From Camelus dromedarius (taxonomy: Eukaryota), in assembly GCF_036321535.1 (NCBI RefSeq), contig NC_087436.1, forward strand, positions 48,796,001 to 48,860,000: 64,000 bases of DNA, given 5' to 3'. Shown one piece after another: positions 63,560 to 64,000 of the stretch. Within the stretch, counting starts at the first letter, position 1. Every line of letters starts with the position of its first letter. The notes below the pieces were generated by a model. The model saw only the letters and a list, made by a program, of their open reading frames with translations. It was not told the DNA's origin and made no database searches. A program made the translations under genes and the position numbers.

Positions 63560-64000
63560 TTCAAACTAAAATTTATCTTTTAAGATTTCTGGTGTCCTCT
63601 TGACATGATGCACTGAGAAGAAAATAGTATCACTTCTGTGATAGTCCTGCTCAAAGTGCATCACCTGGACGTAACCATTAAACACATCAGACAGATCCAA
63701 ACTGAGGTGCGTTCTTCAAAGTAACTTGCCTGTGTTTCTTAAAAAGGTCGAGATTAAGAAAGACTAAGACTGAGGAAGTGTTCCAGATTAGACACAGTAG
63801 CTAAATGCAATCCATAACATGGGATTTTCTTTCTGTTGCCATAAAGAACATTATTGGAGCAAATGGCAAAATATGAATAAGGCCTACTATACTGTGTCAA
63901 GGTTAGCTTTCTAATTTTGATGATTATTTTTTGGTTATTTTTTTCAAAAAGTCCTTGTTTTTAGGAAACACATTTTGAAGTATTCAGGAATAAATAATGG
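63560..64000 (+). mobile_element. L1MC/ME-type 3' fragment
   Basis: tgacatgatgcactgagaagaaaatagtatcacttctgtg; aagactgaggaagtgttccagatta. Confidence 0.7.

Larger units (their letters stand above)
26647..64000 (-). other. GSTCD: Very long GSTCD intron (at least 37 kb, continues beyond the window)
   Basis: The exon at 26646 starts mid-codon after an acceptor, so it needs an upstream exon. No GSTCD-like exon was recognised upstream, and the region is repeat-rich. Confidence 0.75.

Overview
Mammalian, AT-rich genomic DNA. It is probably from a camelid, judging by five copies of a tRNA-derived SINE resembling Vic-1 and a cetartiodactyl-type L1 3' end. The only protein-coding gene I can support is the 3' part of GSTCD on the minus strand. 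Seven coding exons (26646 down to the stop at 2477; 562 nt; all GT-AG, phases consistent) encode the C-terminal SAM-dependent methyltransferase-like domain. Positions 26647-64000 appear to be one very long intron, and no upstream GSTCD exon was found. The rest is mostly old L1, L2, MIR, MaLR/ERVL LTR and Tigger/hAT remnants, several nested with readable target-site duplications (TSDs). I found no convincing new biological system. The best leads are modest: a candidate alternative terminal exon that would remove the methyltransferase domain, exon-like segments on the antisense strand, a pre-miRNA-sized hairpin, a perfect 64-bp tandem duplication and a 228-nt pure-purine tract. Repeat family names and exon numbers come from memory of consensus and human sequences, not from a search. 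Repeat boundaries are approximate unless a TSD is quoted.
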